From the NCBI GenBank assembly GCA_951406725.2, contig OX597815.1, positions 62,558,001 to 62,622,000 on the forward strand: a DNA stretch of 64,000 bases, read 5' to 3'. The notes beneath the pieces were generated by a model. It saw only the letters and a program-made list of their open reading frames with translations, was not told the origin of the DNA and ran no database searches. Numbering within the stretch: the first letter of the stretch is position 1; the number at the start of each line of letters is the position of its first letter. Made by a program: the position numbers and the translations under genes. Shown here piece by piece: positions 38,770-53,080 of the stretch. The DNA comes from Octopus vulgaris (lineage: Eukaryota).

Positions 38770-39638
38770 TATGTGTAAATTGTGGCATTTCAAATTTTTA
38801 ATTTCGTGCATGCACATTGTTTGCGTCTGATTTTGCCGACTACACAGTATAGTAGGGTCAATTGGGTACCGTCTGTGAGAAAAACAGCACCATGACGCAA
38901 TTCACTCTGCCAGAAATTTGGAAATGACATGCTGTACTACTTGGCATTCGTACCGGAAGCTCCAATACGAACAGATGGTGAACACAGAACAATACGAACA
39001 CAGAACAACCGTTGGCTTCCCATGTCCCCACAACATGTTTCCGAGAGTGATAAAAATCAAACATCCAGTTAACATCATGGTTTTAGGAATGATCACCAGT
39101 GATGGCGACATTATGTCTCAATTCATGTTCCCACATGGTCTCAGACTCAACATGGAGGCCGACATCAAGTGCCTGGAGGAGGTAGTGCTGCTGTGGATTC
39201 AAGAGAGTGGCTGCTGGAAGACACTATGTCTGGCAACAGGACTCTGCACCATGCCACACAAGCAAGAGAACCCAGTCATGGCTGTTGGACAATTTCTGCG
39301 ACTACAAAACCCCTAACATCTGACCACCTAACTTCCTAGACTGCAACCCTCATGATTATTATATGTGGGGCGCAGTTGAGCGAGAGACTAACAAAACTCT
39401 TTGTAACACCAAAGATGAACTGAAGGCAATAATTATAGCAGCATTCACCAACTTAAGAAGACCGTCGAGAAAACCTGCAGGAGATTCTGAAGTTGTATGG
39501 AGGCCGTGGTTGAATCCAATGGCGATTTTATTGAATAAATTTACTCATTAGTATTTCATGATATTTTTGTTAAATATATCTGTTAAAATGAAATGTATTA
39601 TTTTCATTTATGCGTAATTTAGACGACAATATATTCAC

Positions 39639-39640
<2 letters not shown>
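38770..39640 (+). mobile_element. Tc1/mariner-superfamily DD37D (maT) relic with internal deletion
   Basis: KHPVNIMVLGMITSDG...VWQQD-(37 residues)-CNPHDYYMWGAVERETN, with stops and frameshifts. Ends are uncertain. Confidence 0.8.
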
Positions 39641-39681
<41 letters not shown>

Positions 39682-41389
39682 GGGAGAGAGTGAGGGAGAG
39701 AGAGAGAGAGAGGGAGAGAGAATGAGAAAAAGATAGGTAGGTTGGTAGATAGATAAACTGACAGATAGATCCCCTGTTACTGTTGTGTAACCCTTAGTTG
39801 GTATTGGTTGTACAGACACATGACCAAAGGAGTTCATTCCATAACTACCTCATTTGTGTGTATATCAAAACTTCATGAAGTACGAGTCCATCAAGTTTGA
39901 AGACGCTAAGCCGTGTTTTGTGTGAATTCGAGCAGGTCATTAGGTATCATAGAGGCCCTTTCATTGGCTCATGTCTCGAAGATTTAATGATGTTGATGTT
40001 CTTGTAGGAGGTCAACTCTCTATGAGGAGTCATATAATAATTAGGTAGTTTATCGAGAGTTTTTGTCCATAGACCTGGAAAATAAGTTTTCCATAGTTAA
40101 AAGATCTAAGATAGTTCTTTGATGTAATCATACGTCACTCGATAGCTCTGCTTTGATGCCTTAAGTAATTCACATCTTCAGAATCTGGTCTGTAAAAAGA
40201 ATCCGAGCTACGGATCTTCAAAAGGAAAAATAATAGTCAGATATTCTGTTCTTCTAGCCTTAAATCACTAAAGCAAAAGATTTAACCATAGTTAATTCCC
40301 TTTATGTGACTCTAAATATTAGCTTATCCAGAGCTTTTCGTAAATCCTACGATAAACTCACTAATAAAGGTAGATCCATCACGCCACACACTTACTGTAT
40401 TTAAAAGTTGATAGATAATATAAAGAGAAATCTTTCGTCTAGTAAAGACATAACACAACAGCCGTCTACTATTATCAGTGCCTACGAAGTGAACGGATAG
40501 AGCAGATCGCTATACATTAATTCAAACCTAACAATCTTCTTCCTAAATCCCTTATCGCCGGCTATAGATATTCTTTTATTCTGTAACTTGTTTCAGTCAT
40601 TTGACTGTGGCCATGCTGGAGCACAAGAAACATTTCAACAAACATAACGTTATTATGAGTTTTACGAGCAGTGTGAATATGAAGAAATCTATCTCATACA
40701 TGCTGCCGGTTTTTCATAACACGAGAGCATGCTAGCGAATGGATCTTAATGCAGAAACCATTAGAACCGTGGAACCTTAAAAACAAACGTGGATCGAATG
40801 GAAGATCATTCCAAAAGGGTACCAACAGATGCAGCCTATGCAATGCAGAGGAAAAAATTCACTGCGTCTTGCAGCCTCTTCAATAGTCGCTGACTCTGTC
40901 CGTTATCTGAGGTGCGCTCTTTTTGTTTGGTTGTTTGTGCGCATGTGTGTGCGTCAGCATGCATGTGAAGTGATCTATTAATGTAAACATGTGGTTATGT
41001 TAATCTTACTTAACTGAAGACAACTACTCTGAATGTAACATTGTATTTATGCAGGTGTGAGACAGGGAGTGGTTCGATTGAATACTTTCTATATACCCGT
41101 ATCGTTTGCACTACATACTCCAACAAAACAGTTACCAACTTATCTTTCTCAAAGTTGTAACCGTAAACGTCTGCTTTTCCTTACGTTTTTATATTTATAT
41201 TTTTCTTTTTCCTTTCGAATAAAATCCTATTCATAGATATTTTCTATTTCTAGCTCTTATCCAATTCCAACTACGTTAAATAAGATTTAGATATTTCACT
41301 TTGCTCCCTTAGAAAATTTATCATTAATCTCCCTTTGATCACAAAATGTAAAATGAATCATTTGAATGGGTCGAATGAATTCATTGAAT

Positions 41390-41425
<36 letters not shown>

Positions 41426-41661
41426 GGTTACTCATGAGCATTGAGATGCGTTAAGCATCAGAATGCGAAATCATCGGTGATCTGGCTCTATCTGCGCCAG
41501 ATGGGGGATTGTCTCCTTGTCAGGTCATTAAGATGTTTTTGCGAGTATTGAGTTATTTTGACTCTTATTTCTAGCAATACTGGAGCTGATTAATGCCCTT
41601 GTTCACTTTAGTGACGTATATATTTCTGCTTTTAGGTTGCATAATTGCGAATTAGCCACCC

Positions 41662-41713
<52 letters not shown>

Positions 41714-41856
41714 AAGGTATGTAGAAAAATACAACATGGACAAGAACGTATAACTCTTAGAAGACGACACAATAAACACGGACAGGACATTCGAAACCCT
41801 CAGTCTTCAGTCAAGAACCGGATCATCGTAGTAATTTCGGCTGATTAATATATATA

Positions 41857-42023
41857 TAGGCGCAGGAGGGGCTGTGTGGTAAAACGCTTGCTTACCAACC
41901 ACATGGTTCTGGGTTCAGTCCCACTGCATGACATCTTGGGCAAGTGTCTTCTACTATAACCTTAGGCCAACCAAAGCCTTGTAAGTGGATTTTTGTAGAC
42001 GGAAACTTAAAGAAGCCCGTCCA

Positions 42024-42090
<67 letters not shown>

Positions 42091-42115
42091 ATATATATAT
42101 ATATGTATATATATG

Positions 42116-42167
<52 letters not shown>

Positions 42168-42197
42168 CATACATACATACATACATACATACATACA

Positions 42198-42232
<35 letters not shown>

Positions 42233-42345
42233 GCATGTGTCTGTGTTTGTCCCCTCACCATAGCTTGACAATCGCTTTTGGTGTGTTTACGTCTCCGGAA
42301 CATAGCGGTTCAGGAAAAAAGACCGATAGAATAAGTCCCAGGGTC
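41857..42345 (+). mobile_element. SINE family A with expanded internal (TA)n(TACA)n
   Basis: Head and body match 31258; the 3' end is truncated against the LINE fragment. Confidence 0.85.
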
Positions 42346-42369
42346 AAGTACAAGTTGAATCCCTGCTAT

Positions 42370-42835
42370 CCCTTACCTATGTTGTATTCCAGGGCAAATA
42401 ATATACTGGATCTCTGTTTCACAAACAATAACGATATCATTCATAATGTGAAAGTGACACTGACATTAGTTTCGGATCACAATATAATAGAACTGACTAT
42501 GTATGAACCAAAAGTAGCTACATTCATACAGCATTTAAGAAGCCCCAGAAATCTCTCCAGTCAGAACTTTTATAAAACAAACTGGAAATCGATTCAGAAA
42601 GAGATCGTCAATCAGGATTTGCCTGTCTTTCTTTCCACACCAGACATCGTCATGAATGTCTTTCCATACCAGACATCGACCTTTCATTTCAGTAATACTG
42701 GCCATATGCTACAAATCTGTCCTAGAGCACAAGAGCAACACATGCAAAACAGAATCCCATGGATGAGAAAAATTTTCATAAGACGACGGACAATGATTGC
42801 GAACCGCCTAAAAGCAGTGAAAACTCCAGCTTGAA
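42370..42835 (+). mobile_element. CR1-like LINE APE endonuclease C-terminal fragment
   Basis: [44 protein letters not shown]. Confidence 0.75.
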
Positions 42836-43588
42836 AACAACATTGGCATCTGCTACAATCTCATGTAAATTCTGGGTCGTTACATTCTGTGTTCAAATCC
42901 CATTGAAGTTATCTTTTACTTTTGTCCACTCAGACTCGACAAATAGGGTTCTAATTAAGGATTAGGGTTAGTAACATCGATTCCACCCCTCCTCTCAAAG
43001 CTGCTGGTTTAGTACGTCAATCAGAAACTGTTATTTACGGTAAATACTGTTTAGAAATACCTTTTCTTTTCTCGCTTTTATCTCTCTCAGGGTGGGGGTG
43101 GGGTGCGGTAAAGTGACTGGAGACGTCATTGGATATCTATTTATAAATTGTCTCCGATTTCGAGAGTTTATAAATACACGTCCAATGTTGACGTCAACTG
43201 GGCATCAGAAATGGGAAAGGGAATAGAGAAACAGGAATGGAAGCAAATTGTATTAATACTAACTAATGCGGACTATAAATAATTAAACAAAAATACTAAT
43301 AATTATTAATGAGACTTATATATAAATAAGTATATATACATATATATTACAAAAAAAAACAAAATTAAAATAGTGGGGAATGAAGCATAGAAGTGAAATT
43401 ATATAAAGAGTTAGTAAGAGTGAACAAAATAATCTAGTCATAAATTCAAGGTTATTTAATACGCGCAAATTTAATACATCTTCATTGTGCTCAGATGTGG
43501 GTCATCTCTCTCTCCCTGACTATCTCTCTCTCTTTCTCTCTCCTTCTCCCTCTCTCTTTCTCTCTCTCTCTCACACACACACATATAG

Positions 43589-44135
43589 CTGGGCAGCGAA
43601 ATTTTTCCCACGAGAGTCCCGGACCCCAGGTATGAACTTGTTTGCATACAGCCAATCAAAGCTCAACTATCAAACTAATTTATGAGCTTATAACAAATGA
43701 TGGGTGATAAGATAAGGTCACCCGGGTAAGGAATGATCATGTTTCTTTTCTCTTTTAATAATGCTTGTTATTTTTGTTCTTGTTTCAAACATGGCTGCCT
43801 CTGCGTAATTATTTGTGCTGTTGCTTACTTTGTAAAACAGTAGGAGGAGAGGATTACTAGCACATCACCCGCTACCCACATTTTTCCCATCCACATCTTT
43901 ACCAGATGTGGCCCTAACATAATCCGATAATAGGTCTAGATGCAAATCTATTTAATTGTCTCCTTCCAAAATCTGGCGAACGGACGACCTACAACACCGT
44001 TCTTCGTCTTGAGTTTACTTGGTAGAGTTTTTGTTAATTTGATAACAAGGTCAAGATGAGCTCTGATTGGGTGTATGCAAATGAGTTCATAACTGGGGTC
44101 CGGAACTCTCGTGGGAAAAAATTGCAGCCGGGCAG
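43589..44135. mobile_element. MITE with ~90-bp terminal inverted repeats
   Basis: Left aatttttcccacgagagtcccggaccccaggtatgaacttgtttgcatacagccaatcaaagctca matches the rc of the right arm, aattttttcccacgagagttccggaccccagttatgaactcatttgcatacacccaatcagagctca. Confidence 0.85.
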
Positions 44136-44299
44136 ATATTCGCAACAATGTCTACGCATGGTGGCTATGAAAGTGTATGTGACTGAAAAAGCTAAAGGAG
44201 GAAGAAATGCATCTGATATTCTCACTTGCCACTGTTGGGAAGATTTTCGTCGTTTTCAGCAGACACACACACACACATATATATAATACATCCTTTTGA

Positions 44300-44445
44300 T
44301 ATATATACATTGTTCGAAAGAATATTTCGTGTTCCATGTACTCGTTTTTCGTACTTTTTTGTTGTACACGTTTCATGACGTCCTGTGTCCGTATATACAT
44401 ATACATGCGTGTAGATGTAGGTATTCACATATACGTATGTATATA

Positions 44446-44500
<55 letters not shown>

Positions 44501-44519
44501 GAGAGAGAGAGAGAGAGAG

Positions 44520-44592
<73 letters not shown>

Positions 44593-45293
44593 TTATTTAT
44601 ATCACTATATGATTGAACGTCACGCATCTTCTTCCAAGTAAGTTCTATCTTAATAATTCTGATGCTCACTCTATAAGATATTTCTACTCTTTTGTTTTTC
44701 TCTCTCTTATTCTTTTATCTCACCTTCTACTATTCTTTCCTATTACTCTGTTACTCTCTCCCTCCCTCCTCCTCCCTGCTCACATGGCTCCCACGTGACC
44801 ACCGGACATCTTTCTTAGTTTCTCTCCGTTGTAGCTGGAACAAGGAAGACGTGTTCTTGCTTGTCTCTTGTCGTAGTTTGATTTACGCGTTCGCCACCAC
44901 TACCTCGTTTACGCTTAGCAGCCCTTCCTGTTTGTTTTCACTATGCTGTTTGTGTTACCTATTTTGACCCACCACAAAATACCAAATTTTATTTCATATG
45001 ATTTGCAGGAGCAACTGTTTTATCGAAAGCGTATATTGTTGTTAAATGTTCAAAATACGAGACTAGAGAAACAGCCGACAACTGATGAAGGGTCGTTCTT
45101 TTGTCTGTTTTATTTTCCATTTGTGTTTTTCGTTGTTCGAAAGAATAGTTCATGTTCCATGTACTTATGATTCGTACATTTTTGTAGTACACGTTTCATG
45201 ATGTCCTGTGCCCACATATGCATATATATATATATTATTTATATTATTATTATATGATTGAATGCCACGCATCCTCTTCCAAATAAGTTTTAC
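44300..45293 (+). mobile_element. Non-coding repeat in partial-tandem (pseudo-LTR) configuration, related to 25150-26235
   Basis: 44308-44400 is repeated at 45130-45225, and 44605-44648 at 45250-45292. Confidence 0.65.
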
Positions 45294-45544
45294 CTATACA
45301 CACACACATATATATAAGATGGAGGTGGAAATAGCACAAAAGTAAATTTAAGATTTCAATTTAGAAAGAATTTAATAAAATGATTTCAAAATTATATAAA
45401 GAAAATATAGAATATTACCAGTTTCGAAGATGAATCACATCGTATCAAATATTTAGTAGATATTTATGAAAATTTAAAAATTGATTTGTATAGATCTCTA
45501 ATCTTTTTTCAACTATATATAAATATATGTAAAGTAAATATGAG

Positions 45545-45996
45545 AGCGCGGAGGTGCAATGGCCCAATGGTTAGGGCAGCGGACTCGCGGTCGTAGGATC
45601 GCGGTTTCGAAAACATCTAAGCTCCGGTAGGGGGTGGTGGTGAACTCTGCTGTACTCTTTCACTACAACTTTCTCTCACTCTTTCTCTCACTATTTCTTC
45701 CTATTTCAAAGGGCCAGCCTCGTCACACTGTGTCACGCTGAATATCCCCAAGAACTACGTTAAGGGTACATGTGTCTGTGGAGTACTCTGCCACTTGCAC
45801 GTTAATAAATGAGCTGCGACGTCACTGGTGCCAAGCTGTATCGGCCTTTCCCTTGGATAACATCAGTAGCGTGGAGAGGGGAGGCTGGTATGCGTGCGCG
45901 ACTGCTGGTCTTCCATAAACAATCTTGCCCAGACTTGTGCCTCGGAGGGTAACTTTCTAGGTGCAATCCCATGGTCATTCATGACCGAAGGGGGTC
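45545..45996 (+). mobile_element. Chimeric tRNA-derived SINE (distinct 5' part plus family C 3' part)
   Basis: tRNA-like head tggcccaatggttagggc. From about 45807 it matches 55896-56085. Confidence 0.75.
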
Positions 45997-46809
45997 ACAA
46001 CACAAAATATGAGAGTGATAGTACTATCAAAATACCATCACTAGGCAAAATTAATAATATATATATATATATATATATGCACAGGAGTACTACGTAAGTG
46101 CCTGCATCGCTAAAAAGAAAGTCAAAACTACTTCTGTGCCACGGAATAGTTACAAAATTGATACAAGTATAGTAGAAAAAATAAAATCATCTTACCTCTG
46201 CTAGGCTCGTGTTTATAAATGTCTAATTTGATTTCACTTAATTTAAAATCTATGCATTTTACTTTACGCACACAGGCAGAAGCACACGCACGCGCGCGCA
46301 CATATATGTATACACTCATACAAACACATACATACATACATATATATTATGTATGTATGTATCTTTTATAGTCGGGCAGCTGTTTGCATCAATGACTAAA
46401 TATGCTGGCTGTGACCAAGCTTAAAAATGCCGAAATGCATTTAGTGCCCTCATTACCGCTGCTGAGACAATATTTATTGTGTCTTTAAACAAAATGTTCG
46501 TACAAAGTATTCGCAGTGAATTCGCCTATCACAAAATATTCACATTAACTCTCGTGTATAAATGGCTAATTTAATCTAATACAGATTCTGTTGCATATAA
46601 CGGATTTGTGTGTGCCCGTGTGTGATTATTTATCTTCGAAATCAACTTAATTCTGGTAAAAGTTTACTAAACATGTACTTCACTAAAATGTATTGAGTAA
46701 TACTTCAGTGTAATTTCAAATTCTTCTATATATAAGTTGACATACTAATATATACACATACAGACACACACACAAACATACACACATATGTATACCCTTA
46801 CATGTACAT

Positions 46810-46878
<69 letters not shown>

Positions 46879-47231
46879 TATATATACACATATATATATA
46901 TACACATATATACATGTGTGTGTGTGTGCTAGACATATATATATGTATGTATGTGTACAAATTTTTATATATCAACTTACAATTAAATTAAATTAGTTTA
47001 TTAACACGAATCCAAAATACAAAATTGTGCATCAAACCGCCCACGGGTCTCTGCACATTTCTCTATCTTTGGTTCGTGTTTATAAATGTCTAATTTGATT
47101 TCACTTAATTTAAAGTTTATAATCGAAAATCTACGCATTTTACTTTACGCACACAAGCAGAAACCCACGCATGAGCGCGCACATGTATGTAATACACCCA
47201 CTCACGCGCGCACTCACACGCATATATGTGA

Positions 47232-47265
<34 letters not shown>

Positions 47266-47332
47266 TCATACACAGACATATATAATATATAAGTGTGTGA
47301 TGTGTGTGAGTGCTTGTGTGTATATATGTGCG

Positions 47333-47575
47333 AGAAAGCACATGGCCTAATGGTTAGTGTGTTGCGCGCACGATCGCTGGATTGTGGGTTCGATTCCTGG
47401 ACTGGGCAATACGTTGTGTGCTCGAGCAAAACATTTCTTTACACGTTGTTCCAGTCCTCTCAGCTGTATGTGAGCAAACCTGCAAAGGGACAGCCTTTCA
47501 ATCAGGAGGAATGTGGGCCGACTTGACTAACCAGCGGGATGGCATCATTCGAAAGGCAATAATCTGGTCGATACT

Positions 47576-47577
<2 letters not shown>
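47333..47577 (+). mobile_element. tRNA-derived SINE with CORE-like block, diverged (family C-related)
   Basis: tggcctaatggttag...gggttcgattcc...gttgtgtgctcgagcaaaacatttctttacacgttgttccagt. Confidence 0.7.
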
Positions 47578-47635
<58 letters not shown>

Positions 47636-47689
47636 GTGTGTACTTTTATTGTACGCGCAACCATGGATACATAAATATAATTTTATTGG

Positions 47690-47862
47690 TTTCAAATTTT
47701 GGCACAGTACATCGATCCCAGTGCTTAACTGGTACTTATTTTATCAACCACGAGAGATTGAAAGGCAGTTGACCTCGGCGAAATTTGAACTGAGATGTGA
47801 AGAACGAAATGCCGCAAAGCATTTTACCCGGTGTGCTAATGATTCCCCCGGCTGACCGCCTT
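47690..47862 (-). mobile_element. SINE family B, diverged
   Basis: gacctcggcgaaatttgaactgaga...cccggtgtgctaatgatt. Confidence 0.75.
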
Positions 47863-47990
47863 GTATGTATATAAATATATTAACAGTCAATCATTTATAG
47901 AATTACTTGTCGTTACTCCAATTTCGTGACAGTCATGTGGGTACCTAATGCCAGTTACCCTGAAACAAGAGTAAACAAGATTTTAATATT

Positions 47991-48523
47991 CTTTTCTACT
48001 CTAGGCACAAAGCCGAAATTTTGGGAGAAGAGGCCAGTCGATTAGATCCATTCCGAAAGGATAAAAGACAAAGTCGACCTCGGAACATAATGACAAACGA
48101 AATACCTATTTCTTTACTACCCACAAAGGGATACACATAGAGTGGACAAACAAGGACAGATAAAGGGATTAAATCGATTATATCGACCCCAGTGCGTAAC
48201 AGGTACTTAATTTATCCACCCCGAAAGGATGAAAGGCAAAGTCGACCTCGGCGGAATTTGAACTCACAACGTAACGGCAGACAAAATACCTATTTCTTTA
48301 CTACCCAAAAGGGGCCAAACACAGAGGGGACGAATAAGGACAGACAAACGGATTAAGTTGATTATATCGACCCCAGTGCGTAACTGGTACTTATTTAATC
48401 GACCCTGAAAGGATGTAAGGTAGAGTCGACCTCGGCGGAATTTAAACTCAGAACGTAACGGCAGACGAAATACGGCTACGCATTTCGCCCAGCGTGCTAA
48501 CGATTCTGCCAGCTCGCCGCCTT
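47991..48523 (-). mobile_element. Multimeric SINE family B insertion with 17-bp TSD
   Basis: One head and three body repeats, flanked by aacaagat(t/c)ttaatatt at about 47974 and 48524. Confidence 0.85.
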
Positions 48524-48703
48524 AACAAGATCTTAATATTAATCTTTTTTTATTACAGTATGTAAATATAATTTGTATATGACAAACCCATTTGACAAAA
48601 ATACTGCTACAATTTAACCTGAAAATTTCTGATATAAAAACAATAAACCATGGAGTGTTCAAAAACACATCCTTCTACAAAGTTTGTTAATGAAGCACGC
48701 GCG

Positions 48704-48759
<56 letters not shown>

Positions 48760-49003
48760 TATTTGTATGAGTGTTTATGTATGCGTGTGTTTATTTGTGC
48801 ATTCATACAAGTGAGTCTATATAATGTTACGCAGCTAAGGTCTTATTACGTAAACAGAACATATTTGTCTGTCTGTCTGTCTACAGTGAACATAAGGCGT
48901 TCATTTATACAATATAATCACATTATAACAGACATACATTTACAGGAAAGACACAAAGCAATGGTGATTGAAATATAGTTCGGAAAATTCTATTTAACAC
49001 ATT

Positions 49004-49295
49004 CGTGTACATTGAAACGTGGAAATACCTTAGCTGCAGAAATTTTATGAGGAGAAAAATTCTTCTTCTAGACTAAATATTTGAAAACACACCACTGATC
49101 TATGAATGACGTTATCGGACCGTAAGAAAGGTGTTCCTGAATCCTTATGTTTTATCAGCTATGGACATCGAATCCGCCGCTCATATTCCACTGTGAACGG
49201 TCCGATGACGTCATTCATGGTCTAGTGGTGTGTTTGCAAATTCTCTCTCGATTAAATATACGCAGCGTAGGTTTCTCCACGTTTGAGTGTACACG
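49004..49295. mobile_element. Palindromic MITE-like element
   Basis: Outer arms cgtgtacattgaaacgtgga / tccacgtttgagtgtacacg. Inner arms aaacacaccact..atgaatgacgttatcggaccgt / acggtccgatgacgtcattcat..agtggtgtgttt. Confidence 0.8.
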
Positions 49296-49907
49296 TACCT
49301 GTTAGATATGAGTGTACACACATATAAAGGTATCCGTATATAATTTTGCATGCTAGCTATCATGGACTTTTGATTAAGGCTAAGCTGGATAATTAGTTGA
49401 TATAGTTGTTTTGTAGAAAGTATTAGTTTTAAAAACTGTTGGCTTCGAAGGTTGTCTGTCCCTTTAATTGTTTCTGTGTAAAACTGTCATTGAAGTCGTC
49501 TTAACACTGATGGAGCTCACTAAATAGTTGAGAGTGAAGCGATATGAGTGTTGATCTGGTCGTTCTTGGTGAAAGCCAGTATCTAAGCAGCTGATATATC
49601 TGATAACGGAGTTCGTGATAAATTTCGTTTATCTCCGAAAGACATATATTGCATTGCTGGTCAGCTCTCTGTGTTATCGTTTATGATACTACTGAGACTA
49701 CTGCGGCGAGCAGTAGGTATGCTACTTAAAATAACTTGGTGTTAAACGTTGATTGGTTTCGAAATAGCCAGCGCAGAGCTGCTGCTGTTTTAGCTTTCCC
49801 CATGAACTTCCTTGATACTAACAAACATGGGTGGAGTTGCTTCCAAGTCAATTTGCCAAGATCTCTTTCATCCTCAATGCATTATGCGCACACACACACA
49901 CACTCAC

Positions 49908-49950
<43 letters not shown>

Positions 49951-52695
49951 AATACATGCATGTGTGTATATATATATATATATACATACACACATATGCA
50001 TATATATTACAGACGTGTATGTATGTATGTATGTATGTATGTATGTATAAGGTTGCAAAAAAAATCTTGTTAAATACAGCTACTCAGGTTTTTCTGGTCG
50101 AAATAATAATTTATTTTGCCGTTCATCAAACTGTGAACAAGACCATTTGTCGGTTGTCTTTTGAGCAGATACTGTTTAATTAGAGACGTTGAGAAATAAG
50201 ACAAGAAGAAAAATACAAGGGAGATAACCAACGTTACAATAATTCGATGCCAAGCAGACGTAAACAAGATGTTAATGGTTTACTTTTAAATTCCGATAAG
50301 ATACATTTCTTGAAATGCAGACGTACAGAAAATATTTTGTTCCTGGAATTTATGTATTGGTTGGAGGTTCTCAAGCTTTTTAAAGGACAGAAATTTTCAA
50401 GAGAAAACACTGAACATTTTTGGTGGTCTGTTTTTTGGAGAGGATTTTCCATTTGATGTCGAAACTAATCCCTTCATTTTTAAGCTTCCAGATTAAAGCT
50501 AAAAGGGTAGTTGAATGTCTACTATCACGCTACCTAAAATTCGAAAGATGGTTGATATATCTGGATTTAACGCTTCATAAACAACAATGGTCGTACAGAG
50601 ATCAAGCGTAATATAGGAACCGTGGAAGGAAAATTTAAATCTAGATATAACAGACATCTTTCTCTACCAATAAAATCAATATAGTTTAATGGTCTTTGTC
50701 CTCTATTACGGTGCGGTAATCTCAAAATTATAACATCAGGCATGAGCTGTTGTTCAGCATGATAAAAGTGGCTAGCAAACCTTTATCTTGCGTTGAAGAT
50801 TCAGCTAAAGCCAGACAACAGGTCATAGGGATCTAATTTAATCTCCAATGAGATAACAAGATGTAAATTCGATCTTAGATTGGAAAAGAAAATTCAATAT
50901 GATGCTTTGTTCGCCACACCAGCTGTTCGGCACTCGAGCTGTTCGGGTTAAGCCCGAGTATAAATTTGGTAAAGTGAATGTGTAGTTGAAAGCTGTTTTA
51001 ATTTCTGACAAAACTGACTTCAAGCATGTAATTTCAGCCAACTCGGACTCCTTTTATTGAGTCTGGTCGCAGTTCATATATTTTCATTCAGCGTCTGGTG
51101 GTCGTCTTAGAAGTACCCTGTGTCGAAAAATATCATTTGCAGCTGACGTTTTCTCAACATCGTTCACACACACCTAAGCTCAGAAGTTACAACCTAAGTT
51201 GTTATCTATAACGCAAAAATAGTCATTAAAATTCAATGTTTTCTTGAAATAATAAATTTCTTTAGAGTTTAAGATTAAAATTCTAATCTATGAAAAGTTT
51301 CCGTTCTACAATATTCTTAAAGGAACGAAACATTTTCCAGCAGCTCGGTCTAATTACGAACGAGCCTGGTAGGTGTAAAAGACTTACTGGTATCTCTTGT
51401 CAAGAGTATAGGTGACAGTCAGATCGCTGATGATTGCTGCTGTTTTTGTGTGTTTGTATGTAAAGATCAGTTGCGTTTTTCATGGTTGCCTTATTTTTAC
51501 TCCTAACTTAGAAATGGAGAAAGACATAGTGCTAGGTATAAAAAATAAGCCATCTGGGGCTAAAAATATTGCGGGAAAACGTGAGAAGCAGCAAAGTTGC
51601 TTACTGTTAAATCATCCGCGCACATATAAGTCTGTGGTCTGCATTACGTCTCTTACCTTCTTTTATACATGCTTCTTATGCGAAATCTGTGATGACCCCG
51701 AGTAACGCTGATAACCTGGAATCGCCTAATTTCTATTATTTTCAGGAAAAATTAATAAATAAAAATAGCTACAGCGACACAATCCCGCCCCTTTCCCATC
51801 CCCCTCCTCCTCCTCCTCCTCCTCCTCCTCCTCTTCACCACCACCACCATCGTCCTCAGTCTCCACTAAGATTATTATCATTAACATTATTGACATCATT
51901 AAAATCATATTTCATTATGGTCATGACTATAATCATGACCATTATGGTGACGGTGAAGATGATGATGACGACGATGATGACGATGACAACGACGACGATG
52001 ATGACGACGATGACGACGTCGACGACGACGATGATGTCGATATGATTGGGATGGTGATCATTTCATCGTAGCATCCTCACTATCTCCATCACACCACGAC
52101 CATAACATCCATCACCATTATCCCTCTTCTCACCACCCCCACTATCAACATTACCATCACTGCACCCCTCCTCCCACTGTCGTCACCGGCGCCGTTGCCA
52201 ACACAACCACCGACACCACCACCAGCACCGCCGCTGCCGACGCTGCTGTCGACGCCGCTACTACCACCACTACCACCAGCAACCACCACCACAACAACAA
52301 CAACAAACGTCGTTACCACCGCATCCTTGTCATTCTCAACATTGCCATCACCATCACCATCACTCTAGTGTTGCCGCCATCTTTATCATCATCATCACGC
52401 CGCCACCATATTGCCGTCATAGCCGCATCCGTTACCTCAGTCACCTCTTCCACCGCTAGATAATTAGTCAACCAGACAGCCAGACAGCCGGACAGCCGGA
52501 CAGCTAAGCAAGCGAGCAACAAACCAACCCTCTGGCCAAACATCCTGTATGTAGTAAGTACAAATGTGTCTTTCTCTCTCTCTCTCCCTCTCTTTCTCTC
52601 CCTCTCTCTCTCCTTCTCTCTTCACCTTCTCCCTCTCTTTCTCTCGTTATGTAAATATATATCTATAAAATATATATATATGCATATACATACTC

Positions 52696-52740
<45 letters not shown>

Positions 52741-52805
52741 TGTATTAAGATTCATAATATATATTAAATATATTATATATATATATATACATGCACACAC
52801 ATACA

Positions 52806-52852
<47 letters not shown>

Positions 52853-53037
52853 CATATAATAGCATCTCTTTTCCTCTTCCCCCTCACCTAATACTAAAAT
52901 AGCGATTACTCCGAACCGTCTCCACCCAAATTCCTATCGCCACCATCTTTACAGTAACATTTCTAACATACACCTAACTTACTGGCACTCCTTGGTACTC
53001 CCCTCACACTCCACTAGCCATCTCCTCACCACCATAT

Positions 53038-53080
<43 letters not shown>

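Noticed and set aside
41944-42834. 296-aa ORF
   Set aside because: It is a fortuitous read-through of SINE, (TA)n/(TACA)n and a LINE endonuclease fragment.
48050-48460. Regularly spaced repeats that might suggest a CRISPR-like array
   Set aside because: The units are ~185-bp SINE body duplications without unique spacers, and the context is eukaryotic with no cas genes.
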